From positions 23,560,001 to 23,624,000 of the forward strand of contig OX442314.1 of NCBI GenBank assembly GCA_949358305.1: DNA of 64,000 bases, given 5' to 3'. A program made the position numbers and the translations under genes. Of the stretch, positions 10,146-21,310 are shown in pieces (the stretch's first letter is position 1; each line of letters opens with the position of its first letter). This DNA comes from Strigamia acuminata (taxonomy: Eukaryota). The notes below the pieces were generated by a model that saw only the letters and a program-made list of their open reading frames with translations, did not search any database and was not told the origin of the DNA.

Positions 10146-11296
10146 TGTTGCGTTCCTGATGGTTCCAATTGACTTTTCTCAACAACACTAAATTTATATT
10201 TAGTCACTATGGGATTTTTCCAATTGCAAGAGATCCCGGCGTTCACCTGTGGAAGCAGTTGAATGCCGTTTATAGGTCTTCTATCGGGTGGGTTAGCCGT
10301 TAAGTCGGTGTCTAGGGATTTGATCTCGAATAAGGGCTAATTTAGTTATTTTAAATCAAACAGTTAATCAATTTATTGAGCGTTAAGTACAGGTTCTATT
10401 GAAGAGAATGTTACTAAGATGGGTTCTATGAGGATAAGATCGTCGGCGTAGAAGGCGACGTGTTCGAAGCAGCGCGGGACTCCTTCGGGCGGGAAAAAGC
10501 AGTGCAGAAATGGCGACTCGTCGCCGCGCAAATTCTGCGAAGTGAGAAAGGAAGTGTGAAGCCGAAAGACTTCACAAAGAGTGTCGGCTGTTAAGCCTGA
10601 CAAGACGGGAAATCTTGGGTTAAACCCTAGATTGCAACGGGAGATTTCCGTTGGAGACAAGTAGTCAAACGGCGGGTACCGCCGATCGTTAAAACCTGAC
10701 TGGAGATCCGCTGCAATCTGAATCGGAATCGTCGTCAACAGGTCGAGGAGCGGCGACGATGGCTCTGCAATCCTCGGCGGCTGGCTGGCGTCGATCTTCA
10801 ACGGCGTGGGCGCGTTGGTCTTCGGGCGGCGGCGGGAACGACGGTGGTTTGGGCCGTCGTGCGTCGTCTTCGCGGCTCGGAAAGTGATTCGTTTGAACGT
10901 TGGTTCAAACAAATCGAGTTGAAACTTGGCAAAACTCACGAGTCACGGACAAAACAGTGTTTTTGGTTGTGAACAAAGCTGTGTCGGTGTGAACGGTATG
11001 AGTGTGATGCAAAGAGTGAGTAATAATTCGAATTATTACCCGGAATATGGCCGGAAAACGGCCAGTGCGCAGGCGTGGCGTGTGCCAAGGCACGCTTCAG
11101 CCCTAGCAACGGTGCAAAATTTGGGGATTGTCTTAGCAACGCCCCAATCCAGGGCTCAAAATGCCAGGGCAGCCGTTACAGCTTCTGGGCCAATTGCCCA
11201 AAAGCGCAACAGGTGCCTGGCAAAAAACACAATTCTAATGATTATGGTTAAAATATAAATAATGTCTTAAAAACGTGGTAGAAAAACCTCTCCACA
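10146..11296 (-). mobile_element. Putative long 5' LTR (~1.15 kb) of the tRNA-Pro gypsy element
   Basis: On minus it starts TGTGGAGAGG and ends GCAACA, 2 nt before the PBS; the outer end abuts an unrelated pol fragment. No second LTR is present to confirm it. Confidence 0.65.
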
Positions 11297-11341
11297 AATG
11301 AAGTGAACATTTGAGATCGCAACAAAGGTCTGCGCACGTTT

Positions 11342-13819
11342 TTGGGAATAGTTGCATTTTATGCATCATTCGTCAGGAATTTGGCAAACACAGCTGCCCC
11401 ATTGTACGAGCTGCTCTGCGCGGATGCGGAGTGGCTGTGGTCACCCAGGCGCCGAATGGCGTTTCAGCGCATCAAGAATGCACTGACCAGTGCTCCCGTG
11501 TTGACATTCTACGATTTGGAGCGCCCGATTGTGATAGCAACCGACGCATCACCTTATGGCGTCGGCGCTGTGTTGGCGCACCTGGACGAACGTGGGCGCG
11601 AGCTTCCTGTGGCGTTTGCCTCAAGGTCGCTCAGCCGGGCAGAACTTAACTATGCCCACATAGATAAGGAGGGACTTGCAATTGTGTTTTCTGTGAAGAA
11701 ATTTCACAATTATTTACTTGGCAGAAGCTTTGTGGTTTACACTGACCACAAGCCACTCCTGGGCATTTTGGGGTCTGACAGGCCAATTCCGGTCGTGGTC
11801 AGCCCGAGAATGCTCAGGTGGGCGTTGATACTTTCAGCCTACGATTATAGGTTGTGTTACAGACGTGGAGAGGAGAACCAAAATGCTGATACCTTGAGTC
11901 GCTTTCCGGTTGGGGTGCCCTCAGAAGAAGTGGAGGATTATCCTGTGTTTCTAGTGGAGTTAGAGAAGGAAGACTTGCTATTAGCTAGGGATGTGGCAAA
12001 AGCCACTCTGCTGGACAGTGAGCTGCAAAGGGTGATTAGTGCAGTGAAAACCGGAGAGCGACAGGAATTAGATAAGACAATTGAACTCAAACATTTTCGG
12101 GCAAAGTTTGATGAGTTGAGCTTGACCAGTGGAGTGTTGATGTGGGGGCAGAAAGTGATTATCCCCACTGCCTTGCGACCCAAAATGTTACGACTACTTC
12201 ACGAGGGCCACCCGGGGATAGTGGCAATGAAGAAGCGGGCTAGGGCGGTGGTGTGGTGGCCAGGAATTTCAGTTGATGTGGAGAAGTTTGCGCAGGGTTG
12301 CATCATTTGTGCGCAAAACAGGACTCTGCCGCCACACCACCCCCCGATAGCCTGGCCTAGGGCGGAGGCACCCTGGGTGCGCGTGCATATCGATTATGCA
12401 GGGCCCATTTTAGGACAGATGGTGCTCATTTTAGCAGACGCCTTTTCCGGGTGGATTGAGGCCCACCCGGTCAAAACGGCAACATCTGCAGCAACAATTA
12501 AAGTGTTACGCAGAATATTCAGTGTTTTTGGAATCCCACATTTGATAGTGAGTGACAACGGTTCCCAATTTGCGTCGGCGGAGTTCGCCGAGTTTATGGC
12601 CAAAAATGGGATTGACCACATCTTCGCACCCCCATATCACCCACAATCCAACGGGCTAGCAGAACGTGCGGTGAGGTGGGTCAAAGAGAAACTGGTCAAA
12701 ATCGTAAATGGAACGTTGGAATTGCGTTTGTGGCGGTTGGCCTTGTTTCAGCATGCGAATTTCCGCGGACGAAATGACATGTCGCCAGCAATGGCATTTT
12801 TGGGCAGACAGGTATTCACTCACATCGATTTGGTGAGGCCAAGATTCGAGACACAGTACGAGAGTAGTGGGAGTGCGCAGAGTAGTTACCAAATTGGCGA
12901 CCCAATATGGTGGCGGGTGTTACCGGCAACGAAACCGCCATGGAGAGCGGGTGTAATCGCGCAGCGGCGTGGCAAAGTGATATACGCAGTGACAGATGTG
13001 GAGACTGCGAGATTAATTGTGCAACATACTAATCATCTCCGCCATAGAACTTTAGAACAGTTGCAGGTCAAAGAGAAGGGAGCTTCGCCACCCAACGAGG
13101 AGTCGCAGCAGAGTGGAGAGCGACAACAACCAGCAACTCTTTGGAGAGGGTCAACAGTACGAGGCAATGAGGTAACTACACCCAACTTACCTATACTTCC
13201 AGTGGTGGCGGCACAAGGGTTGCCAGGCACTCCAGCGGGGGCGATTCAGCCGACGATACTAGCGACGGTTCAGCCAGCGATGGAGCAGGCGCAGATGGCT
13301 CGGGGAAGCCCGACACAAGCACAAGAGAGACACGAATCGTTGCCGGGACCGTCCAACGAGGCGGTGCCAACTCCAGCAGCGCTGGATCGAGCACGAAGAG
13401 AGTCGGAACTGCGAATGTCGCTAGGAGGGACGCCGCCGTTCATCCGTGCGGCGTTACAAGGCCACACGCCGCGTCTACCTGTGCTAGGAGAGCACCCACT
13501 TACCCCACAGCCAATGCAGACAAGGAGGACAAGAAATATAGAGCCGGTTTACAGGGAAGGCTCATCGGGGGAGGAGAGCGAAGACGATGAGGCTCAATTT
13601 ATCCCGGCTCGTGGGGAAATACCAGCGCATGTGAGAAAGGCAAAGAAGGGCTTGCGAGTGGCTGACATGGTCACGCTCGTACCAAGGGGAGAGACGGCAG
13701 AGGAAGATGCGGCGATAGTGGAACCGGAAGAGATTCCACTGGTTAATGTGCCCAGGCGAGTGGAGCCAGCACCAGCTCCACCTCCAGCGACCAAAGTGAC
13801 GACACGAAAAAAGAAGTAG
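11342..13819 (+). CDS. Mag-like Ty3/gypsy Pol, 5'-truncated: RT connection, RNase H, integrase, long Pro/acidic C-terminal tail
   Basis: LRTFLG..FY; ATDASPYGVGAVL; NYAHIDKEGLA; YTDHKPL; HEGHPG..CIIC; HIDYAGP; SDNGSQF; SNGLAER. Confidence 0.95.
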   Translation: MGIVAFYASFVRNLANTAAPLYELLCADAEWLWSPRRRMAFQRIKNALTSAPVLTFYDLERPIVIATDASPYGVGAVLAHLDERGRELPVAFASRSLSRAELNYAHIDKEGLAIVFSVKKFHNYLLGRSFVVYTDHKPLLGILGSDRPIPVVVSPRMLRWALILSAYDYRLCYRRGEENQNADTLSRFPVGVPSEEVEDYPVFLVELEKEDLLLARDVAKATLLDSELQRVISAVKTGERQELDKTIELKHFRAKFDELSLTSGVLMWGQKVIIPTALRPKMLRLLHEGHPGIVAMKKRARAVVWWPGISVDVEKFAQGCIICAQNRTLPPHHPPIAWPRAEAPWVRVHIDYAGPILGQMVLILADAFSGWIEAHPVKTATSAATIKVLRRIFSVFGIPHLIVSDNGSQFASAEFAEFMAKNGIDHIFAPPYHPQSNGLAERAVRWVKEKLVKIVNGTLELRLWRLALFQHANFRGRNDMSPAMAFLGRQVFTHIDLVRPRFETQYESSGSAQSSYQIGDPIWWRVLPATKPPWRAGVIAQRRGKVIYAVTDVETARLIVQHTNHLRHRTLEQLQVKEKGASPPNEESQQSGERQQPATLWRGSTVRGNEVTTPNLPILPVVAAQGLPGTPAGAIQPTILATVQPAMEQAQMARGSPTQAQERHESLPGPSNEAVPTPAALDRARRESELRMSLGGTPPFIRAALQGHTPRLPVLGEHPLTPQPMQTRRTRNIEPVYREGSSGEESEDDEAQFIPARGEIPAHVRKAKKGLRVADMVTLVPRGETAEEDAAIVEPEEIPLVNVPRRVEPAPAPPPATKVTTRKKK

Positions 13820-13898
13820 AAAAGAAACAAGCAAGAATTTTAAGCATAAATCGTTTTATTTTGAAATACAAAAATTGCAATTACATAGTGGGGAGGAA

Positions 13899-14114
13899 TG
13901 TTGTGTCCCCACTTAGGAAACTATTAATTGGATTGATTGCTATTACGGATGGTGATACATTTGATTGTTAGAATTGTAATGATGTAATGAGCGAATTTGG
14001 TTACCTTGGAAACTATTAGTAAATAAATGAGTCGACTGCCTAAATTCATGAGTGAATGTTGTGAAGTTTTGTTTGGGTCTCAAAATGGACTAAGAATGTA
14101 TAAGAGATTCAACA
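13899..14114 (+). mobile_element. 3' LTR of the plus-strand gypsy element
   Basis: Preceded by the purine tract GGGGAGGAA; TGTTG...CAACA inverted termini; internal AATAAA at ~14022. Confidence 0.75.
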
Positions 14115-14767
14115 ACGCCTTTGTTGCCTTTCCTCGCACGAAAGCGCACAATTTCACTTTGCTTAACCGGTTTAGGCTTTTGATTTTTGGTCATCAAGTC
14201 GGTCAACTGCTTGCACGTCAACTCCGTCGGCGCCTTCGGGCGAGCGAGATCCACGAACTTGGCAAAAGTAGCCATCCCCACGCAGGCCAAAAGCGTCCTT
14301 GACGATTTTATTACACGAGAAGACACATTCCATCTGCATAAAATATGTCTCCCAATCGTCGAGCGGGTTATATTTTTTGGGTGCCGCAACCAAAGGCATT
14401 TTCAAACGGTAAAGTTGGCAAATTCACATAAAAACTTACAGCAAAAAGTTCGGGCCTAACGGTCAATGCGTGGTCACGAGCGCACGGTCGATGGCGAGAA
14501 AGTCATCAAAACTTGCCAAGAAGAGCACAAAAGTTCACAAAAGTTGGTGGATTCAATTATTGTTCATCTCTCGTCGCCAAATAATGTGTTTCTTGGCGTT
14601 GATGCATAATATAAAGTTGGATTTGTAGGAGATGGTCAGAAAACAGACATGTTGGCTGTGCGAAATTTACATGAGTGCGTTTAATAAAATAAGTTGTACA
14701 GAGGGCGCTGCGAAAGGCAGACGCGTCATGAAATAACAAACAAATAAGATGGAGTGTGGACACTACA
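14115..14767 (-). mobile_element. Degenerate Mag-like gypsy 5' fragment: LTR (~14585-14767), tRNA-Ser-type PBS (~14565-14579), frameshifted gag N-terminus
   Basis: PBS TGGCGACGAG; gag pieces DDWETYFMQMECVFSCNKI / TLLACVG..DLARPKAPTELT..PKPVKQSEIVRF in different frames; LTR TGTAGTG...CACA. Confidence 0.75.
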
Positions 14768-15158
14768 GTTTCAAGTCTTCCATTTTTTGGTCAAAAAATG
14801 GTCTTGTAAAGCACTTTCCGTCCTCGGTCGTGATCGGCGTACCACGTGGGCGATTGAGGTTTGCGGGTCTCTTGAATCTTCCTTCTGGTCAAACGAAATT
14901 TCGGTCTTTGGTTCAAAATGTCGACTGCGCCATGTAAGTGATTCGAAAGTCAGAAAAGTGACTCTACATGTCAGTTGAGTATGTCTAACTGACTTTATTC
15001 AAAAATACAAAATGGCCGAAGCCCAAAAAGGATTAAAATAACAAGGCATGATTTGGCTGGGCGGGGGGGAGGAAGGTAGCGGGTGCCACCTAGAGGCGAA
15101 GCTTAACAACTGTATGTATTATTTTTTCAGTTTGCGTTCAGAATTCCATTATTTGTTA

Positions 15159-17524
15159 TTAGAATAATGTTTTGTACAATATCTCAATCGCAAACACTAT
15201 TAGTGCAATTCCAATTCCCAAACACAAAGTAAAAAAAAGGCCAACAACTGCAGGCATTTCGATAGTTCCACTTACACTTCGCATACTATCGCAATAACCA
15301 TTATGATCAAACGGATTAACGTCACGATAGAGTTTACTGTAAATACCGTTTTCCAAGAAAATCTGTATACTAGTTGATAAATTTGGAATCAATAGATGTT
15401 CATTAAATTATAAGTTGAACTTACTATTTATTAAAAAGCTGTTTGTATGGAAATTGCTTGTTAAATGTGAAAGACAAGGTAGATTCCATGACCACCTCAT
15501 CCAAGAAACGAAATGAACAATTCTTGTCTATTACGGCTGCCAAAGCCAATTCTACCATCGCGTGTGCTATTTTTCTATTGTAAATCAAATCCATTCCTTC
15601 TTTGTTAGACTTTACCAATAACTTATCAGGATTAGTAAGGATTTTCTTGTAAGCTCTGACATAATGATCCTCTTGAGAAACCTGAATGCCAAAATTGAAA
15701 TGAAATTAATCCATACAATCTGGCATTAATTGTTTTTTTTAAAAAGCATCAAAAAAAATATGGCCATACCTTAAAAAATTCAACCAGAGCACTGGCTTTA
15801 AGTGTGGCTAACTCATAGTTGGATGTGTATAGAAGGTCATGAAAACTATTAAATGGTAATTTGAATCGAGTCACGGCTAAAATCGATGTAAGATTTGAAG
15901 TGTAGCTTATAAACATAATGATGCAAAAAATATGAAAAACGATCAAACATATTCTACCAGACAGACCGTAAACTCGAACAGGAATACCTATAAAACACAT
16001 CTCCATTTTAACCTAACAGTGCAATTACTTTCATCCCGGCTTAATTATTACGCGTAAAAAGTAGAATTTGTAAAGCACTTCTTGTATAATAGTAAATTAT
16101 TTTAGTAATTCTAATTGCTTTTTCGAGCCAACGCTGTGCCATGTTTTTAATAAAACATATAATTGACGAAAACACTGCAAATAAAATTGTAAATCCAATT
16201 ATGCAAATCCATGAGTACGAAGAAAAAGGCTCCAAATAAAAGAAAAATCTGTCTTCTGTTCTGCCTGTGTGGTGATACATTATTTTAAACAGGATTTTAG
16301 TGACAGCTGGCGAATAACTTATGAATTCGGGCCTCTCGGTGGTCATAGTTAGTGAAAATCCTACATCGCTCTCCTGTATTAATGTATTAATCTTTGGAAA
16401 GTGTTTTTTAAAGAATTACAAATGAAATTACATTTCTGTATACTACTCCAACTATCCCAGACGCGTACGAAGCATTTACCTTAGCTCCAAATAAATTATC
16501 GTGTGGAACAATCACGCTGGCACTTTATGCAAGAAAATATAACTTTAGTTATTTTTTATATTTAATGATTAAACGTGGTTAAATTACTTAAATAAAAATA
16601 CGCTTTGAATAGTTTTTAACATTTCACCATGTAATCCTCCGAGAGTCCGCTGTCCGTTCTCCTCAGGAATTGTGGAAAATGGATTGAACTGGTTAGGAAA
16701 CGTAGTGGCTTCAATAATTTGTGCCATGAATGGCAAACCAATAGATTTACCTCTATGGTTGAGAAACGAAGTGTTTCTTCAATGGACGAAGGCAAAGGCA
16801 CAGACAAAGCTGAAAATTGTATAGCACCGTTCTTCGGATCCCAAAAACCACTCTCTTGCGCCTTTATCACGGTTCCGGTAGCCGAATACAAACGATATAA
16901 AAACCATACCTTCAAAACATAAAATTACTTGAAACGAAACGATTTCAGCATTAACTCCCATAACTACCTCGTCATAATGTCCGACGTCCAATTGAAATAA
17001 AGCGATATTATGTGGAATAAAAAAATTATCAAAACTTTCCAACTTTTCTTCTAATATTAGCAACCAGTTACAGGGGCAATAGCTTAACTTTAATGCCTTT
17101 TCCACTATTTCAATAGCAGTATTTGGTTTGCTTATGATCAACACGGTGCCGAAATTGCTCAGTTCGTTCAGGTCAAATTCATTCACAGGTGCAACTCTGG
17201 CAGAGATCAGGTGTTGCGACAAATGTTTCGATAAATCAACTTAGAATAAAGAAAACTAAACCTATTGAAATGTAATAAAACACAAAATATTTCCTACCAA
17301 AATCCTGATCATCCGTTAGAATTATTATTTTCGACCATTGGACATATTTTAAGAAGTTAGTAGAAAATTTTTGGATCAAATTAATTTCTATCCACGCAAA
17401 TAAAGAGAGTTAGTACTTGCATTTAAATTTGTATTATCAATGGATACGTTTCCCTACCAACATCTTTCTGAGAAAAAGCCGAAATGATGCAAGAAACAAC
17501 CGCAGCATAAAATAACACCTTCAT
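15159..17524 (-). CDS. Ionotropic receptor (variant iGluR) copy 1, multi-exon
   Basis: Signal peptide MKVLFYAAVVSCIISAFS; S1 SDVGFS..TTERPEF; EPFSSYSWICI (M1); YTSNLTSILAV (SYTANLAAF-like); S2 ENGIYSKL; terminal TM GLFFTLCLGIGIALIVFAIE; GT-AG micro-introns. Confidence 0.88.
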
Positions 17525-17803
17525 CTTCAAGATTCAATAAGAACAAGAAGTTGTACTCCGTTATTATATCCTTGCTTAGTATTAATAGCAATTGACCGTA
17601 AAAAGTCGTGTTACAAGTATTTTAGTTGTTTGTTTTGACAAAACAAATGCCAAAATGTATACAAAAATCATAACTTTTATGAGTAATACATTAAAATTTA
17701 ATTTATTGTTTTTTAATTTACTAATCAACTGTTTATAAAATAATTATAATAAAGAATTTTGTAAACAATTTTATATCATTATTTTATTATTACTTATTAA
17801 AAA

Positions 17804-18166
17804 CAGTAAGTGTACTCAGTGTAGCCCGGACATAACACCGCGTCCAGACAGCTGTGTCCGGACAGGGTTGATCGGTTGATAGTTTTCATTAAAATTTTTA
17901 GTGAAATAGTTACACCGTATTTGGACTGCAATTTATATCTAAAGCATATTTGGTTCGTGAATTCGATTAAATCGATAGTACAGGAAATCAATACCAACTC
18001 GGCCGAATAAAGTGCATCAAAAGCGGCCCGCATGCAGCCCATTTCCATACGCTCTCCCTCCTCCAGACATCTTAAATTTGTCCGACCAGCTGTATGAACC
18101 AGACAGTTCCTGGTCCGGACAAATTTCTGGGACCGGTCCTATGTCTGGGTTACACAGAGTACACCG
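17804..18166. mobile_element. Tc1/mariner-type MITE (degenerate CAGTG TIRs), paralogous to 26178-26499
   Basis: gtgtactcagtgtagcccggacata...tatgtctgggttacacagagtacac inverted ends; same family as 23271-23458. Confidence 0.7.
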
Positions 18167-18379
18167 TATCTACAAATTTGTAAATTTGTTCATAGAACTT
18201 ACGTTTGGTGGTCAGAAATGACAAAAACACAGAACAAGGAGTGAAATTGAACCAGCTTACTCAAGCAGCAAAAAGCTATTATTTCTAGTTTATTTCAATC
18301 AAACTCGTATAATTGATAAACAATGATTTCTCCATTATTACATCACAGCGTTGAGTTTAATCAAATTTAATAAAAAATT

Positions 18380-19085
18380 GTTAAATTAATTTCTAATTTC
18401 TGAGCAGAATTGATTGCTTCTTTAGTTTTTGTATTTATTTCTTAATTCAATTCATTAAAAATTTATGTTAGATTAATTTCTAATTTCTAAGCAGAATTGA
18501 TTCCTTCTTTAGTTTTTGTATTTATTTCTTAATTCAATATATTAAAAATTTATGTTAGATTAATTTCTAATTTCTAAGCAGAATTGATTGCTTCTTTAGT
18601 TTTTGTATTTATTTCTTAATTCAATTCATTAAAAATTTATGTTAGATTAATTTCTAAACAGAATTGATTCCTTCTTTAGTTTTTGTATGTATTTCTTAAT
18701 TCAATTTATTAAAAATTTATGTGTTAGATTAATTTCTACTTTCTAAGCAGAATTGATTACTTCTTTAGTTTTTGTATTTATTTCTTAATTCAATATATTA
18801 AAAATGTATGTGTTAGATTAATTTCTAATTTCTAAGCAGAATTGATTCCTTCTTAATTTTTTGTATGTAGTTCTTAATTCAATTTATTAAAAATTTGTGT
18901 GTTAGATTAATTTCTAATTTCTAAGCAGAATTGATTCTGTCTTTAGTTTTTGTATTTAGTTCTTAATTCAATATATTAAAAATTTATGTTAGATTAATTT
19001 CTAATTGCTAAGCAGAATTGATTCCTTCTTTAGTTTTTGTATTTATTTCTTAATTCAATGTATTAAAAATTTATGTTAGATTAAT
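18380..19085. repeat. ~87-bp AT-rich tandem repeat, ~8 copies
   Basis: gttagattaatttctaatttctaagcagaattgatt.cttctttagtttttgtat... recurs at 18467, 18554, 18641 and onward. Confidence 0.9.
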
Positions 19086-19089
19086 GTAA

Positions 19090-20170
19090 TGTTTATCAGG
19101 AAACGATCCGCTCGGGTGAAAAATGAATTGGAGCAATGACCATTCCTTAATCCTACATGGCTATACTGTGTATTCCTATGCAAAATGTTCCTGCGGAAAT
19201 GTTCGGTACGGAATGTCGGAACGACGTTCGTGGTACCTCAGAATTCAAACTGGTAGTCTCGTAATGCTTTGGTCCAAATGATTAATCCACTGGATCTTTT
19301 GGCTCTCATGGCAATCTGGGGATTGACAAGCATGGGTGGGGCCGACTCTCACGTAAATAATGGAGACAGGGACTCTGGATTGTTGGTTTGTTGGCCTTTA
19401 ATCCGTTGTCTAGGAGTAGAAGTACCTACCTATCGGGGCCACTAGGCCCACCACACCTACAACCGTCCCGTCACACACAGAGCGCGTAGCCCGTGGGTGA
19501 CGTGGTCGGTTGGCATAAGTCATTCTGCTGCGGTAAATACTTACCTCAGCCCATATAACCGCTCATGGAGGCTGCAACAGGGTCATCTCCCTGTCACTCA
19601 GCATCACAGTGGTGAATGGGAGAAGAGCAGAATCCACTCAGGCACTGCACCAGGCCTGGGCTGATTAAGGAACCTCTCTAGCACACGTCCTCACCCTGAG
19701 CTGTCCAAACTCTCTCTCTCTCCTCATGCTCTCTCTCCCACACCACTCAGTTCCCTCCTTCCCCACTGGGTCAGTCTACCTCGCAAGAGGGGTAACCAGG
19801 GGCCAGAGACCAGTGTGTGGAGTGATGTGGGTCACCGTGGGCTGGCCACAGTGGCCAAACGGTTACAACACGATTAATAATATTTAATATGGTTAGATCC
19901 TTTCTTGACCAATAGGTGGAGAAGGAACGCTCTGCACAGACTAGATTGGTTAGTCCCGCAGAATTTGCATAATCCACCACTTCCGGTTCCGGTTTTAATC
20001 TACATATAAATCGGCGCTCTGCCGGAAATTAACACTTTACAGCAGACAGTTTTAGCATTAGCACCACCGCTCACCTTCAGGCCGAATTTACGGATTGATC
20101 GAGGATCGGTCCACGCTGACCAGATTCACGGTACTAAGACTACTAACATACGAATATTGCGTAGAAAAGC
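19090..20170 (-). mobile_element. Probable non-LTR retroposon remnant
   Basis: GC-richer island; minus ORF VDYANSAGLTNLVCAERSFSTYWSRKDLTILN weakly resembles the C-terminal part of an APE endonuclease; (CT)n tract. Confidence 0.35.
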
Positions 20171-20373
20171 TACGCTGATAGTTTTAGGTTACAAAGCTGA
20201 GTAGACTAACATTTCAGACCTTTTTTTCTCAAAACTTTTCAGTAAGTAATAATTTTTTTAAGAAGGGTTCTAGACCAGGGGTCGGCAACCAGCGGCTCTT
20301 TCGATGCCAAAGTGCGGCTCTCCAAGATGCGGCGTCGCTAAAACGTGCGTCGCTAAAATGAAGTACATTCATA

Positions 20374-21141
20374 CAGGGTGTCTCGCCGAACACCTACCAG
20401 GTGAATTATTTTATAATCATGTTGATTCAAGAAAACTTTTGATTATGAATTGAAGTAAATGACATGTGACGAATTCAATGAAACATGTTAAATTCATGTA
20501 ACATTGTTGCATCACTGTTTTGCAACTCCTAACTTTTAAACCAACAATGTTACGCAAAAAATGTCAATTGTAAAGTTGTAGAGAACCATCTAATTAGTCT
20601 AGAACTGTTCTTAAAAAAATTATTTCTTACTGAAAAGTTTGGAGAAAAAAAGGTTTGAAATGTTAGTCTACTCAGCTTTATAACCTAAAACTATCATGTG
20701 GAATGTATTCCCAAAATAAATTATTTCCTTTCTTTTGTGTTTCCTCTCTTCTACTTACAAGTATGACCCAATAAAGTGTCCTAATTGAGGATTAGCTTGG
20801 TTGCCCCAATAGTTTTAGGTTAAAAGCTGAGTTACAAAGCTGAGTAGACCAATGTTTCAAACCTTTTTTTCTCAAAACTTTTCAATAAGAGATAATTTTT
20901 TTAAGAACAGTTCTAGACTAATTAGATGGTTCTCTACAACTTTGCAATTGACATTTTTTGCGTAGCATTGTTGGTTTAAAAGTTACGAGTTGCAAAACAG
21001 TGATGCAACAATGTCACATGAATTTAACATGTTTCATTGAATTCGTCACATGTCATTTACTTCAATTCATAATCAAAAGTTTTTTTGAATTAACATGATT
21101 ATGAAATAATTCATCTGGTAGGTGTTCGGCGAGACACCCTG
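20374..21141. mobile_element. Mariner-type foldback MITE with ~320-bp inverted arms, nested in the hAT element
   Basis: TA-CAGGGTGTCTCGCCGAACACCTACCAG ... CTGGTAGGTGTTCGGCGAGACACCCTG-TA; arms 20374-20696 and ~20808-21141. Confidence 0.9.
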
Positions 21142-21204
21142 TATAATTGGAAGAATGCATTTCACTTTAGCGGCGCCCGTTTTAGCAACGCCGTTTTTTA
21201 ATCT

Positions 21205-21310
21205 AATTAAACCTAACCTGACTTGACCTAACCTAAACAAACTAACCTAACCTGACCTGACCTAACCTAAACAAACTAACCTAACCTGACATAAACTAAC
21301 CTAGCTGAAT
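21205..21310. repeat. Imperfect (CCTAA)n microsatellite, typical of Helentron/HINE-like elements
   Basis: aacctaacctgacttgacctaacctaaac..., flanked by gcgtcgctaaa / tttagc(g/a)(g/a)cgcc sub-terminal repeats. Confidence 0.6.

Noticed and set aside
10430..10465. FYADDL as a reverse-transcriptase YADD motif
   Set aside because: No other RT motifs are recognisable in the 188-aa ORF; treated as probably coincidental.
19430..19530. HDV-like ribozyme in the retroposon-like island
   Set aside because: GC-rich stems are present, but I could not assemble the nested double pseudoknot by eye; needs an Infernal/RNArobo search.
21205..21310. Interstitial (TTAGG)n telomere
   Set aside because: Short, imperfect and embedded in a transposon context.
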